DNA of 38,299 bases. Origin: Pseudomonadota bacterium (GTDB lineage: Bacteria > Pseudomonadota > Alphaproteobacteria > SMXQ01). The notes beneath the pieces were generated by a model that searched no databases, was not told where the DNA came from, and worked only from the letters and a program-made list of their open reading frames with translations. Of the stretch, positions 38,089-38,299 are shown piece after piece (within the stretch, counting starts at the first letter, position 1; every line of letters begins with the position of its first letter). Position numbers and translations under genes: made by a program. The stretch is from assembly GCA_022545545.1 (NCBI GenBank), contig JACZQV010000004.1:1-38299 (forward strand), read 5' to 3'.

Positions 38089-38299
38089 CCAGTACTTACT
38101 TTCATAGGAGGGTGATACATATGATCGTCTTTTCGCGGCCTCCGGGTAGGAAGCGTCGCGCCGGCCTGCCCTCCGTACGACTTCGGGAGGCGGGCGATGC
38201 TGGCATCGTCAAGCGGCGGTGACGCCCTCCGAAGGCCGCGAAAAGCGACCCTTTGGGCGGCCTTGCGGGCCCTTCGGACGTCGTCGCGCGGCCCTTGTG
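38089..38299. mobile_element. MITE-like element, copy 3 (truncated by window end; carries a 30-bp insert)
   Basis: CCAGTACTTACTTTCATAGGAGGGTGATACATATGATCGTCTTTTCGCGGCC..., colinear with copy 2. Confidence 0.85.

Overview
High-GC, alphaproteobacterial-looking chromosomal segment (Rhodospirillales-like by gene content; this is inference). Positions 1-12.9 kb hold a periplasmic Tat-exported, Cys-type Mo/W-bis-PGD formate dehydrogenase locus (TorD chaperone, small Tat peptide, alpha, beta, lipoprotein, cytochrome b gamma). It is flanked by a set of uncharacterised accessory genes: 4Fe-4S protein, DUF3305, DUF3306, a degenerate biotin-ligase-like protein, a secreted WD40 protein, a 38-aa membrane peptide, and DUF6505/DUF6352-like proteins. 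Positions 13-20.8 kb encode an aldo/keto reductase and a gamma-glutamylation amine catabolic operon (GS-like, ALDH, Fe-ADH) followed by a GcvT-type demethylating dehydrogenase. Positions 20.8-30 kb are mixed: BolA, Sel1/TPR proteins, an enolase-superfamily enzyme, a small basic protein, an MshEN-AAA+ ATPase behind a CtrA-like box, and a permease remnant. Positions 30-34 kb carry CBS, slipin-NfeD and an Hsp20 with apparent RpoH + CIRCE + ROSE control. Positions 34-38 kb carry a fluoroacetate-dehalogenase-like hydrolase, an IPMDH-family dehydrogenase and a MOSC-reductase fusion. Three copies of an about 275-bp non-coding, highly structured MITE-like element with about 30-bp terminal inverted repeats sit just after stop codons (8741, 11512, 38089). 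No rRNA, tRNA, CRISPR array or transposase was seen. Family names are from motif recognition, not database searches.
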